A DNA stretch of 64,000 nucleotides from an uncultured Methylophaga sp. (GCA_963975785.1 CAXBIM010000006.1:7448-71447); one strand, 5' to 3'; shown: positions 45,432 to 54,182, numbered from the stretch's first letter. Numbers and translations: made by a program. The notes: generated by a model from the sequence alone, not told the origin.

Positions 45432-47384
45432 ATGAGTAGCCGAATTTCATTATTTCTATGTGATGATGGCGACTTACTGGATTATTTAAATTTAAATTTA
45501 AGTGCTGGTGTGTATTTAGAACACATAGCCTCATCCGAAGAGCTTTACCAACGTTTAGAGAATAAAATTGGCGCGCCAGACATACTTGTTTTAGGTAGAA
45601 GTGTTCAAGAGCCTATTAGAATGGCCGAACATATTCTTGTTCTACATGAAGGCATTAAAATTATCTTGCTTTGTGACGATAATCAAAAAGACACGTTTAA
45701 AAAGTCCATTCTTTTTTCCCCCTTCTTGAGCTCTGATGTCTCTGCATATGTCTATGATACGAAAGCAATTTTTTTAGACCTCCTTCAAGAAAAAGTAGAT
45801 GGTATCGAGAGCCAACGGAGTTATGAAACAACCATAGCACAAATGGAAAAAGAACGGTTAGCAACGATGACAGGACATCCGTTGGTCACTAATTATTTAG
45901 ATAAACTACTCGATAGAATACCCATTGGCATTTTGAATCTAGACTCTAAAGGTAAAATTTTAAACCTAAATGCCAGTGCCTATAGGTTACTTGAGTACGG
46001 TAAACGTGACTTGCTCAATACTTATATATATAACATCTTTCCAGGAAAGTATGCTTATCAAATCAAAGATATGATTACCGCAGTGTTGAATGCGAAAGAT
46101 ACCAGTTTCAGTAGCAATCAGATTATCGATTTTCATGGGCCAAAGGGTAAGGGCTATTTTGATATGATAATATCGTCATTGGCCAAATCTGCTTCAGAAC
46201 CGATACTTACCGTTATATTGCAAGAAGTCACCCTCAAGGTTCAAGAGGAAAATAAACGTCGCAAAATCGAACAAGCTCTACATCAAAGTGAGCAGCAATT
46301 ATTGTTAGTTATTAATGCAATACCTGAGCTAATTGCTTATGTTGATAAGAATCTTAGATATCAATTTAATAACCAAGCATTCGAAAAGTGGTTTGGTTTA
46401 TCTCGTCAGGCGATTTGTGGTCGAGAAATTTGGGACGTCATTGGTGAGTCGTCATACAAAATTGTTGAAAAATATGTTCATCAGGCAATGGCTGGTAAGA
46501 CAGTGACATTTGAAGAAAAAATCAGTTACCCAAGCTCTGGGATTGTTTATATTCGAAGCACTTATGTTCCTAACTTCTCCGAGACAGGTGAAGTTACAGG
46601 GTTTATTGTTTTAACTTCTGATATTACACAGTCAAAAAGTGATGAAGATCTTGAAAAGAAACATTTGCTTGAATTAGCGCATACTTCAAGAATGATCACC
46701 ATTGGGGAGATGAGCTCTCAACTAGCACATGAACTATCGCAGCCGCTCACATCAATAGATGCCTACAGTCGAGCTTGCATCACCTTGATTAAAAAGGATA
46801 AAACAACCAAAGAAGAAATTCTAAACGCACTGGAAAATGTTTCTAGTCAGGCTATTCGAGCTCAAGAAATCATGCATGAGCTTCGAAATTTTGTAAAAAA
46901 AGATGATTCAAGGAAAAATATTTGCGTAAATGGTTTGATTAACTCAGCTATAAAACTGTTGCGGTTGGAGTTTCAAGATCAGGATCCTGAAGTTGAACTC
47001 AAACTATCTGATAGCCTCCCTCAAGTGTTTGCAGATCGAATTTTGATTGAGCAGATATTGATCAACTTGATTAAGAATGCAATAGAAGCTATGAGGACAC
47101 TTGCCGTTGACAGCAGGCGGTTAATTATAGAGTCAAACAATCACAATCAGGAAGTATCAGTATCTATTCATGATAGTGGCCCTGGGCTATCTGAATATGA
47201 AATAAATAAAATTTTTGAACCATTCTATACAACAAAACCAGAAGGAATGGGCATGGGACTAGCTATTACACGCTCGATTATCTACTCGCATGGAGGGCAT
47301 TTGACAGTGGATCAGAATTTATATGGTGGCACGACATTTAAGTTCACTTTACCACTAGAAGACATTAAGTTTATTGAGGATTAA
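45432..47384 (+). CDS. PAS-domain sensor histidine kinase with N-terminal receiver-like (pseudo-receiver) region
   Basis: I prefer the start at 45432, just after the ACAD stop. It has two PAS-like blocks, the HisKA H-box AHELSQPL, and HATPase motifs (NLIKNAIEA, DSGPG, GMGMGL). Confidence 0.85.
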   Translation: MSSRISLFLCDDGDLLDYLNLNLSAGVYLEHIASSEELYQRLENKIGAPDILVLGRSVQEPIRMAEHILVLHEGIKIILLCDDNQKDTFKKSILFSPFLSSDVSAYVYDTKAIFLDLLQEKVDGIESQRSYETTIAQMEKERLATMTGHPLVTNYLDKLLDRIPIGILNLDSKGKILNLNASAYRLLEYGKRDLLNTYIYNIFPGKYAYQIKDMITAVLNAKDTSFSSNQIIDFHGPKGKGYFDMIISSLAKSASEPILTVILQEVTLKVQEENKRRKIEQALHQSEQQLLLVINAIPELIAYVDKNLRYQFNNQAFEKWFGLSRQAICGREIWDVIGESSYKIVEKYVHQAMAGKTVTFEEKISYPSSGIVYIRSTYVPNFSETGEVTGFIVLTSDITQSKSDEDLEKKHLLELAHTSRMITIGEMSSQLAHELSQPLTSIDAYSRACITLIKKDKTTKEEILNALENVSSQAIRAQEIMHELRNFVKKDDSRKNICVNGLINSAIKLLRLEFQDQDPEVELKLSDSLPQVFADRILIEQILINLIKNAIEAMRTLAVDSRRLIIESNNHNQEVSVSIHDSGPGLSEYEINKIFEPFYTTKPEGMGMGLAITRSIIYSHGGHLTVDQNLYGGTTFKFTLPLEDIKFIED

Positions 47385-47387
47385 AAA

Positions 47388-48029
47388 ATGAAACATGTAT
47401 ATATAGTTGATGATGACGATGCTGTAAGAAGCTCTTTAACCATGCTGCTACGCTCAGAAGACTTTAGTGTCATGCCCTTTGGAAATCCATCAGATTTTAT
47501 ATCACAGGTATCAGATCTAGAAGGCGGCTGTGTTGTACTAGACTTATGTATGCCCGAAATATCAGGTATGGAGGTCATGGAGGAATTGCAAAAACGAGAT
47601 ATAAAAATGCCCATTATTTGTATTACAGGACATGGCGATATTCCGACTGCTGTCAAAGCATTAAAAGTGGGCGCCTATGACTTTCTCGAGAAACCTTTTG
47701 ATTCAACGATGCTTATTCAAATAATAAAAGAATGTATCGCAGAGCGAATGGACAAACAAAATATAGAAGTATTTGAATCTAACGCTAAAGAAGCCGTTTC
47801 CAGTCTTACACCTAGAGAGCATGAGGTCTTAAAAGGTATGGTTGATGGCTTAAGAAACAAACAAATTGCTTTTTACATGGATATTAGTATCCGGACAGTA
47901 GAGCTACATCGAGTTCATGTAATGGAAAAACTCGGAGCAAAATCATTATCGGATGTTTTAAAAATAGCGATAGCAGCAGGTTTTGACTATATGGGTTTAT
48001 CAATAATTAACGAGCCACAACAGCATTAA
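47388..48029 (+). CDS. FixJ/TodT/StyR-type response regulator (REC + LuxR HTH)
   Basis: VDDDD, the LDLCMP phospho-Asp context, ITGHGDIPTAVKALKVGAYDFLEKPF, and a C-terminal LuxR HTH (LTPREHEVLKGMVDGLRNKQIA). Confidence 0.92.
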   Translation: MKHVYIVDDDDAVRSSLTMLLRSEDFSVMPFGNPSDFISQVSDLEGGCVVLDLCMPEISGMEVMEELQKRDIKMPIICITGHGDIPTAVKALKVGAYDFLEKPFDSTMLIQIIKECIAERMDKQNIEVFESNAKEAVSSLTPREHEVLKGMVDGLRNKQIAFYMDISIRTVELHRVHVMEKLGAKSLSDVLKIAIAAGFDYMGLSIINEPQQH

Positions 48030-48185
48030 ATTAAGAATATTTAGCACGATTAATGTTTAGGAAGGTAGTAGTAAGAACTATTCAAGATAGCCTTCCCTTA
48101 CTACACCTGTCCTTTAAACCTTAGCTTAGATTTACTTCTACACTTAGTTCATTTGATTATGTAATATTTTTTACCCATATATGAA

Positions 48186-48226
48186 TAATTACGTACATAT
48201 ATTTTCACCAAAAATGGTTATTGTTT
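48186..48226 (+). promoter_or_regulatory. TACGTA-box M7 + shared A/T element upstream of GST-fold genes
   Basis: aaTTACGTAcat-ATATTTTCAccAAAAATGgTTA. Compare M1 ...gTATTTTCAAAAATGTTA. Confidence 0.4.
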
Positions 48227-48344
48227 AACCTAACTAATAAATCACTCATGTGCAGATGTCGTTAATTTTAAACAACGAAAGCATTTAGGAGTCGATGCTA
48301 TTTAGTTTGATTGCAGAAACTAATTATTAATAAAAGGTGGGACG

Positions 48345-48995
48345 ATGGGGTTTTTTAGCAGAAAAAAGAATAATAGTAGCCAAGAAATAGTGTTGCTCGG
48401 AATAAAAGGGCAAGTTGCCACAATGAAATGTCTGCTGATGGCTAGCATTAAAGACGTTTCATTAAAAACGACTGTTACTTCACCTGAAAGTGATATCGAT
48501 CAAATCAATAGCTATCAATATATAGGAGAAGTCGATAAAACGCCCACTCTAACGCAGGGTGACTTTTCAATTTCAGGTGCACGAGCAATTCTTACTTTCC
48601 TTGATGTTCGTGGTAAGGGGGCTTCATTAGAGCCTAAAAAAGCCAGAACATTAGGAATACAAAATTACTGGATTGATATTTGTTATCAAACTTTAGCACC
48701 AGCGACAGAGGCTGTAATTCAAGGTGAAATAACAGAGCAGTCTCAAGCTTGCCTAAAAAAAGTACTCACAAGCCTAAATGCTATTCTAGCCGAGAGTCAA
48801 TATATTGTAGGCCAACTGAGTCTTGCCGAGCCGAATGTTGCTGCTTATATCTATCTACTTCGCTGCTGCGATTATGATATGACGATATACCCCAATATTG
48901 GCAAATGGATTTCACGATTAGAAGAAACTATGTCTGGTCCATTAAATATAGGCTATCTACCCACGCCGATGAAATCAGCTAGTCAAGTAGCATAA
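48345..48995 (+). CDS. divergent GST-fold protein (paralog 2 of 3)
   Basis: TPTLTQGDFSISGARAILTFLD, QLSLAEPNVAAYIY. Confidence 0.6.
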   Translation: MGFFSRKKNNSSQEIVLLGIKGQVATMKCLLMASIKDVSLKTTVTSPESDIDQINSYQYIGEVDKTPTLTQGDFSISGARAILTFLDVRGKGASLEPKKARTLGIQNYWIDICYQTLAPATEAVIQGEITEQSQACLKKVLTSLNAILAESQYIVGQLSLAEPNVAAYIYLLRCCDYDMTIYPNIGKWISRLEETMSGPLNIGYLPTPMKSASQVA

Positions 48996-49024
48996 ATATC
49001 AAAGCACGAAATTTAGAGGAAACT

Positions 49025-49807
49025 ATGATGGATATATTTGAACAACGAGCACCAATGAACGCAGATGGTGGTTACGGTAGCACGGGTGAAATGAAAAAAA
49101 ACCAATACATGTTACAACTACTTGGTACTCCATGGGATATGGATACGCTTAAATGTATCATTACTGCTGCAGAGCAGGGAATGGAAATGCGTACAGGATA
49201 CCTTGATACTTTGAGTGGAGAGCAAGATCAGGCTGCGTACCGTGATATTTTTGAGTTTGGAACCTATCCAGGCTTGAAGGAAGCTGATTACAATATTGCT
49301 GGTGCGAATGGCATCATGGCGTTTATTAATGCAAGGGGATTAGGTTATTCACTCGTGCCTAAGAATGTGACGGAAGCAGCAACTCAGGATTTCTGGATTG
49401 ATATTGCGATCACTGAAGCGACGCCTAACGTAAACGTGTTAGTTCAAGAACAAATAGTTAAGCGATTAGCTGATACAAGTTACAACACTGACAATATTGT
49501 ATGTAATCATGCCAAGGAAAAATTAAATAGCATACTAGATGCACTCGATAAACAGTTAACCGGTAAAGCTTACATTATCGGCAAGTACTCATTTTCTGAT
49601 ATTCATTGGACGGCAGTGATTCATTTGTTAATGTTGACTGATGCTGCAACGATGGTAAGTCAACGCCCACAGATTTTACGCTGGTATAATTCATTAGCCT
49701 CGAGGAAAAGTAATTGTGGCCAAGATATAGTGTCGTTTTCCTTATTGCCACGCTTAGAAAATGTTCAACGAAAACAGCTTTCATCTGTAGTTATTGATGA
49801 TTTTTAG
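49025..49807 (+). CDS. divergent GST-fold protein (paralog 3 of 3)
   Basis: YPGLKEADYNIAGANGIMAFIN, KYSFSDIHWTAVIH. Confidence 0.6.
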   Translation: MMDIFEQRAPMNADGGYGSTGEMKKNQYMLQLLGTPWDMDTLKCIITAAEQGMEMRTGYLDTLSGEQDQAAYRDIFEFGTYPGLKEADYNIAGANGIMAFINARGLGYSLVPKNVTEAATQDFWIDIAITEATPNVNVLVQEQIVKRLADTSYNTDNIVCNHAKEKLNSILDALDKQLTGKAYIIGKYSFSDIHWTAVIHLLMLTDAATMVSQRPQILRWYNSLASRKSNCGQDIVSFSLLPRLENVQRKQLSSVVIDDF

Positions 49808-49964
49808 CCTATATAATAATTAAACACTCATAATTATTTCGTAATATTTTTCAGCGTATTCTCCTTTCATAAAACCCATACATAGATATAGTGAAAACGC
49901 GAGCTTATTAATTGTGTTATTTATGAATAATGTTAGTAAGTCTTTGAAAAATTACACATTACCC

Positions 49965-50030
49965 CTTGTCTTGGGGACGAGGGGTCGCAGGTCCGAGTCC
50001 TGCTATTCCGACCAATAAAATCAATTGCTT
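49965..50030 (+). repeat. third direct repeat of tRNA-Pro 3' part (more divergent)
   Basis: cttgtctTggggacGaggggtcgcaggtCcGaGtcctgctAttccgaccaataaaatcaatTgctt, compared with 3141..3206. Confidence 0.8.
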
Positions 50031-50054
50031 GCTGTTATTAAGTTGTTTTATGGT

Positions 50055-50092
50055 TTAACGAGTAGGCTTAACTTTATTTTTCTTCCTGTCAT
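50055..50092 (-). pseudogene. integrase 3'-end remnant
   Basis: cgagtaggcttaactttatttttcttcctgtcat is identical to the 3' end of the intact int (about 3278..3311). The rest of the gene is absent. Confidence 0.75.
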
Positions 50093-50359
50093 TATATCTT
50101 TGCGTCGTCTCTAGTGGTCAGTCGCTCGTTAGATACATAATCCTATACTCACCATTTATTAATTGATTAAACTAAGTATCACTCAATGACAAGCCGAGAT
50201 GGTTTCTATATCTTTTGCTCTAAGCGAATGTAATGAGGCAATACTATGATCTGTAGTGAAAAATAAAGTTGCCCTAATCACGCTAAAAATGTTTAATCGC
50301 CGAAAATGTCGAACCCATTAAACATCCTGTTGTTCATAATAATTAAAACGGGGGAAGCT

Positions 50360-50980
50360 ATGAAATCAAGTAGTAAACATTGGAATTTAATTTTTTCAGG
50401 TGCAGAAGATTCGAAATTAGGATGGTATGAACAGGATGCTTCAAGAACATTTGAACTACTAAATCATGTGCCAGACTTAAAAGGTTCCACTGTATTTTTA
50501 CCTGGTGCAGGAACTACAGTTTTGATAGACCAGCTTCTTTCTAAAGGTGCAAAATTAGTCCTTAATGATATTAGTATAGAGGCTTTAAATAAGGTCAAGA
50601 GACGGATACAAGTTGATCTCGATAAAACTTATTGGCTTTGCCAAGACGTATCTAAACCTATTACAGCTGCTATACCTAATCTAGATATTTGGATTGATAG
50701 GGCTGTTTTACATTTTCTTACCGATGAAGAAGATATAAAGGGATATTTCAATAACATTCAATCCAAATTAAAAGTCGGTGGCTACGCCATATTTGCTGAG
50801 TTTTCAAAAATAGGATCACCCAAATGTGCCGGGTTAACAGTGCATCGGTATAGTATTGAGGAATTATCAGAAAGATTGAGTTCATCATTTAAATTGATAA
50901 CATCATTCAATCACACCTACATAAATCCCAATGGGGACCCAAGACCATACATTTATGGATTATACAAACGGACAGCTTAA
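50360..50980 (+). CDS. class I SAM-dependent methyltransferase
   Basis: I prefer the internal Met at 50360, after a gggga RBS. Motif I-like VFLPGAGTTVLIDQL with an acidic LNDIS. Confidence 0.7.
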   Translation: MKSSSKHWNLIFSGAEDSKLGWYEQDASRTFELLNHVPDLKGSTVFLPGAGTTVLIDQLLSKGAKLVLNDISIEALNKVKRRIQVDLDKTYWLCQDVSKPITAAIPNLDIWIDRAVLHFLTDEEDIKGYFNNIQSKLKVGGYAIFAEFSKIGSPKCAGLTVHRYSIEELSERLSSSFKLITSFNHTYINPNGDPRPYIYGLYKRTA

Positions 50981-51060
50981 AACCAACGACCGCTTTTGGC
51001 ACGTAAGCGACGGATAGTTCAAAGGTCGCTTGTCTACTTAAACCGGACAGTAAGATTATT
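50981..51060 (+). repeat. intergenic repeat family copy C
   Basis: AAcGAcCGcttTTgGCaCgtaAGCGAcGgATAGTTCAAAGGTCGCt. Confidence 0.6.
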
Positions 51061-51395
51061 AAATTTCATAAATAATAGGGTATAAACTGCTACAGGATCA
51101 TTAGTCTATTACATTATTGTTTGGTTATATTTCTCCTATGTAAAAATGGCTGAATATAAAATATGTTCAGTACACAGCTCATAGAAAAATAGGCTAACTG
51201 TATAGCATAGCCTATGCGGGCCTAAATCAGTCTTGTCGATATAAACTGTTTTATCAATATAATCCCCTCTAGAGTAACAGACCGGTTGCGGTCACAAATG
51301 GCATGCAGGGTGCTACCATTAATCACTTCCAGTTATGAAGCCAGAAGCTTATGTTCGTTATAAAGAGCAAATGGCAACTGATTGACGATAAGAAT

Positions 51396-51413
51396 AATTC
51401 AGCTTGGTTTAAG
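51396..51413 (+). promoter_or_regulatory. shared upstream box of PepSY genes (copy 1)
   Basis: AATTCAGCTTGGTTTAAG, ending 59 bp before the 51472 start. A near-identical copy in gene orientation lies at 54165..54182. Confidence 0.45.
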
Positions 51414-51471
51414 TTAACTTCTTTAACATGGAAACCGTTGACACATTGTTAACTCAAACGGAGAGGTTAAT

Positions 51472-51789
51472 ATGAAAACTACAGCAGTATTTGCTCTAAC
51501 TGGGATGATGACACTAATGTTAAATGTTGCACCGGCTTATGCAGATGATGATATTCGTAACATTCAAGCTTTTTCAGAGGGATTGGGACTGATTTCCCTT
51601 GAACAAGCTAAAGCCAAAGCGCTTCAAGCTAAGCCAGGTATGATTGATGATGTTGATTTAGAAAATCGTAACTTTAGTAAAGGTTGGGATTATGAGTTCG
51701 AAATCATAGATATCGATGGTAAAGAGTGGGAGGTGATGATTGATGCCAAAACGGGTGAAGTTCACAAAATATCACGTGACTGGTTTTAA
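51472..51789 (+). CDS. periplasmic PepSY-domain protein
   Basis: Signal peptide and a C-terminal PepSY-like region (WDYEFEIIDIDGKEWEVMIDAKTGEV). Confidence 0.75.
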   Translation: MKTTAVFALTGMMTLMLNVAPAYADDDIRNIQAFSEGLGLISLEQAKAKALQAKPGMIDDVDLENRNFSKGWDYEFEIIDIDGKEWEVMIDAKTGEVHKISRDWF

Positions 51790-51809
51790 TCTAACTAATA
51801 ACTTTGTGG

Positions 51810-53126
51810 CTACAGGTATATTTTCACCTGTAGTCCACCCATTTTCTCAGAGTTGTAAAAAGCCATGCTTCCATCGTAGCTATCGACAATATCGAAAACA
51901 ATAGCTAGTCCCAAGCCGCTGCCTGGACGTGATTCGTCAGCGCGGAATCCTCGTCTTGTAAGGAGTGATAAGTCATCGATGTCACAGCTTGGCCCGTCAT
52001 CTTCTACTGTAATTACTAAGCCATCTTCCATCTCAAGCCTTAATTGAACTTGGCTGTCACACCATTTACATGCGTTATCTAACAGATTACCAAGTACCTC
52101 AAGCATATCTTCACGATCACCCTTGAAGTTAACATCCTTAGAGATATGCCAGTCAATGCTTATTGCTTTGTCTTGATATATTAGTCTTAAGGTTTCGACT
52201 AATTGATTAATCAGATCCTCTAAATTTATACCTTTACCAAGCATCGTCACGCCCGATAGTCTTGCTCGTTTCAATTCTCGGTCAATAATCTGTTTTATTT
52301 TAGCTGTCTGTTGGAGAATGGTGCCTCGGCTAGTGTTCTCGTCATGGAATGTATCGGACTCTGCTACCTGATTAAGTACCGCTAGTGGCGTCTTAAGCCT
52401 ATGTGCTAGATTACCTATGGACTGGCGAGATCGACGTGATTTTTCCAGCATACTGAACGTGAGTCGGTTCAACTCATTCAGTAATGGTTTGATTTCATCG
52501 GGAGCACTATTGTTTATACGATCGATTTGACCTTGCTCAAGTTGTTTAAGCTGGCTTTGAGCATTAGTGAGCGGTTGTAATGCTTGCTTAACTAACCAGG
52601 CTTGTATGAATACTAACAAGAGTAAACCCATTGCAGAAAGGGCTGTGAAAACGTATTGTATCTGACGTTTATCTGCCAACATTGATGAAGCGTCCTCTGC
52701 GACAGCAATAGTAATTAATTTTCCCTGTTTTAAGTAAGCCGCAGAGACGGCGAGTAAAGGCTGCTTTTGAGGGCCAGCTAGATACATGATTTTCTGTTCG
52801 CCTTTCTTTAGCGTTGGAATGACTAAATCAAAGTCCCATAATGAACGAGATAACAGTGTTTTATGTTGTGTTTGTACTATAAAGTACAACCCAGAAAATG
52901 CGCGTTGATAGCCGCTATTAAGTGGCTGCTGATCTAGTTGAATATTGCTTTTATGATCGATTGCAATATTAGCTAATATGCTTTCCGTTTCTTTTTGTAG
53001 CTGGGTAATAACTTGTTTTTCGATGAAACGATCAATGGTCAAGGTTAGCCATAACCACTGACCGACTAATAAAATGGTTATGATGATAGTCAATCCAACT
53101 AAAAGCCTAATTCGTAGTGATCTCAT
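51810..53126 (-). CDS. sensor histidine kinase (OmpR-partner type)
   Basis: 2 TM segments, an H-box NLAHRLKTPL, and HATPase motifs (NLLDNACKW, DDGP, GSGLGLAIV). Confidence 0.88.
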   Translation of the reverse strand: MRSLRIRLLVGLTIIITILLVGQWLWLTLTIDRFIEKQVITQLQKETESILANIAIDHKSNIQLDQQPLNSGYQRAFSGLYFIVQTQHKTLLSRSLWDFDLVIPTLKKGEQKIMYLAGPQKQPLLAVSAAYLKQGKLITIAVAEDASSMLADKRQIQYVFTALSAMGLLLLVFIQAWLVKQALQPLTNAQSQLKQLEQGQIDRINNSAPDEIKPLLNELNRLTFSMLEKSRRSRQSIGNLAHRLKTPLAVLNQVAESDTFHDENTSRGTILQQTAKIKQIIDRELKRARLSGVTMLGKGINLEDLINQLVETLRLIYQDKAISIDWHISKDVNFKGDREDMLEVLGNLLDNACKWCDSQVQLRLEMEDGLVITVEDDGPSCDIDDLSLLTRRGFRADESRPGSGLGLAIVFDIVDSYDGSMAFYNSEKMGGLQVKIYL

Positions 53127-53791
53127 CGATTAGAATTGCCAAAAATATAACCTTGCCCACGGCGAGTTTGTATGATTTTCGCACCGAGTTTATGCCGAAG
53201 GCGGTTGACATAAACTTCCATCACATTACTGTCTTTATCACTGTCAAACTGATAAATATGATCTGTCAACGTCGACTTGGAGAGTAGTTTTCCTTCGTGC
53301 ATCATGAAGTAGCGTAGTAATTTAAACTCAGTTCCAGTCAATGATAATTTTTCACCAGATGACAATGTCACGTTTTGTTCTGTTTCATCCAGCTTTAGTC
53401 CTCCAGTCATAAGAGTACCCGTATTTCGTCCAGAAAAACGTCTTAACACCGCGTTGATTCTGACGAGTAATTCCTCAAACTGAAATGGCTTAGCCAGATA
53501 ATCATCTGCCCCAGCTTTAAAACCACACACCTTATCTTCCCACGAGTCCCTCGCAGTAAGAATAATCACTGGAATGGTATTATCGCGCTCTCGCCATCTA
53601 CTTAGGACATCTAAACCAGATTGTCCTGGTAAACCTAAATCAAGCACTACTAAGTCATAGGGCTCAATATCACCTAAAGCAGCAGCGTCAATACCATCAA
53701 TTGATAAATCAGCTGCATATCCTGACTTATTCAGTTTGGATTGCAACTGAGGCCCTAAAATAGGATCATCCTCAACCAACAATAAGCGCAT
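53123..53791 (-). CDS. OmpR/PhoB-family response regulator
   Basis: REC domain (LLVEDD, VVLDLGLPG) plus a winged-helix domain (RRGQGYIF). Confidence 0.92.
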   Translation of the reverse strand: MRLLLVEDDPILGPQLQSKLNKSGYAADLSIDGIDAAALGDIEPYDLVVLDLGLPGQSGLDVLSRWRERDNTIPVIILTARDSWEDKVCGFKAGADDYLAKPFQFEELLVRINAVLRRFSGRNTGTLMTGGLKLDETEQNVTLSSGEKLSLTGTEFKLLRYFMMHEGKLLSKSTLTDHIYQFDSDKDSNVMEVYVNRLRHKLGAKIIQTRRGQGYIFGNSNR

Positions 53792-53793
53792 AT

Positions 53794-54114
53794 TCAGTCT
53801 TCTTCAATTTCCATAAGATCGCCAGTTTGGGCATCAAACTCTAGCTCCCACACCTGACCGTTACTATCAAGAATTTCTAATTCATAGACATAGCGATCAT
53901 TTTCTTGATCCAATTCTGTTTCTAATACCTTGCCTGATTTTATAGCCATAGCCTTATCGATAATGTGACTAAGAGGTAAAATGATTTCTTGTTGCTGCAG
54001 TGCTCGGGCTTTTTTGGGGCCGATATCAGCCATCACTATATCAACAGATGCAAACATCACAAGACAGGCAGCTACTACTATAAAAGTAAATGTACGTTTG
54101 TTCGATAGCCTCAT
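53794..54114 (-). CDS. periplasmic PepSY-domain protein
   Basis: Signal/TM anchor and YVYELEILDSNGQVWELEFDAQTGDL. Confidence 0.75.
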   Translation of the reverse strand: MRLSNKRTFTFIVVAACLVMFASVDIVMADIGPKKARALQQQEIILPLSHIIDKAMAIKSGKVLETELDQENDRYVYELEILDSNGQVWELEFDAQTGDLMEIEED

Positions 54115-54164
54115 AGCCTCATTCCTGTTTTTTATTTATTGCTAACCTATTCTAAACCAGAATG

Positions 54165-54182
54165 CTTAAACCAAACTGAATT
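54165..54182 (-). promoter_or_regulatory. shared upstream box of PepSY genes (copy 2)
   Basis: Minus-strand AATTCAGTTTGGTTTAAG, 51 bp upstream of the 54114 start. 17/18 identical to 51396..51413. Confidence 0.45.

Larger units (their letters stand above)
12445..50030. mobile_element. genomic island 2 (sulfur/organosulfur oxidation island; integrase decayed)
   Basis: Lies between the second and third tRNA-Pro repeat copies. It begins with an integrase remnant and carries no core housekeeping genes. Confidence 0.6.
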
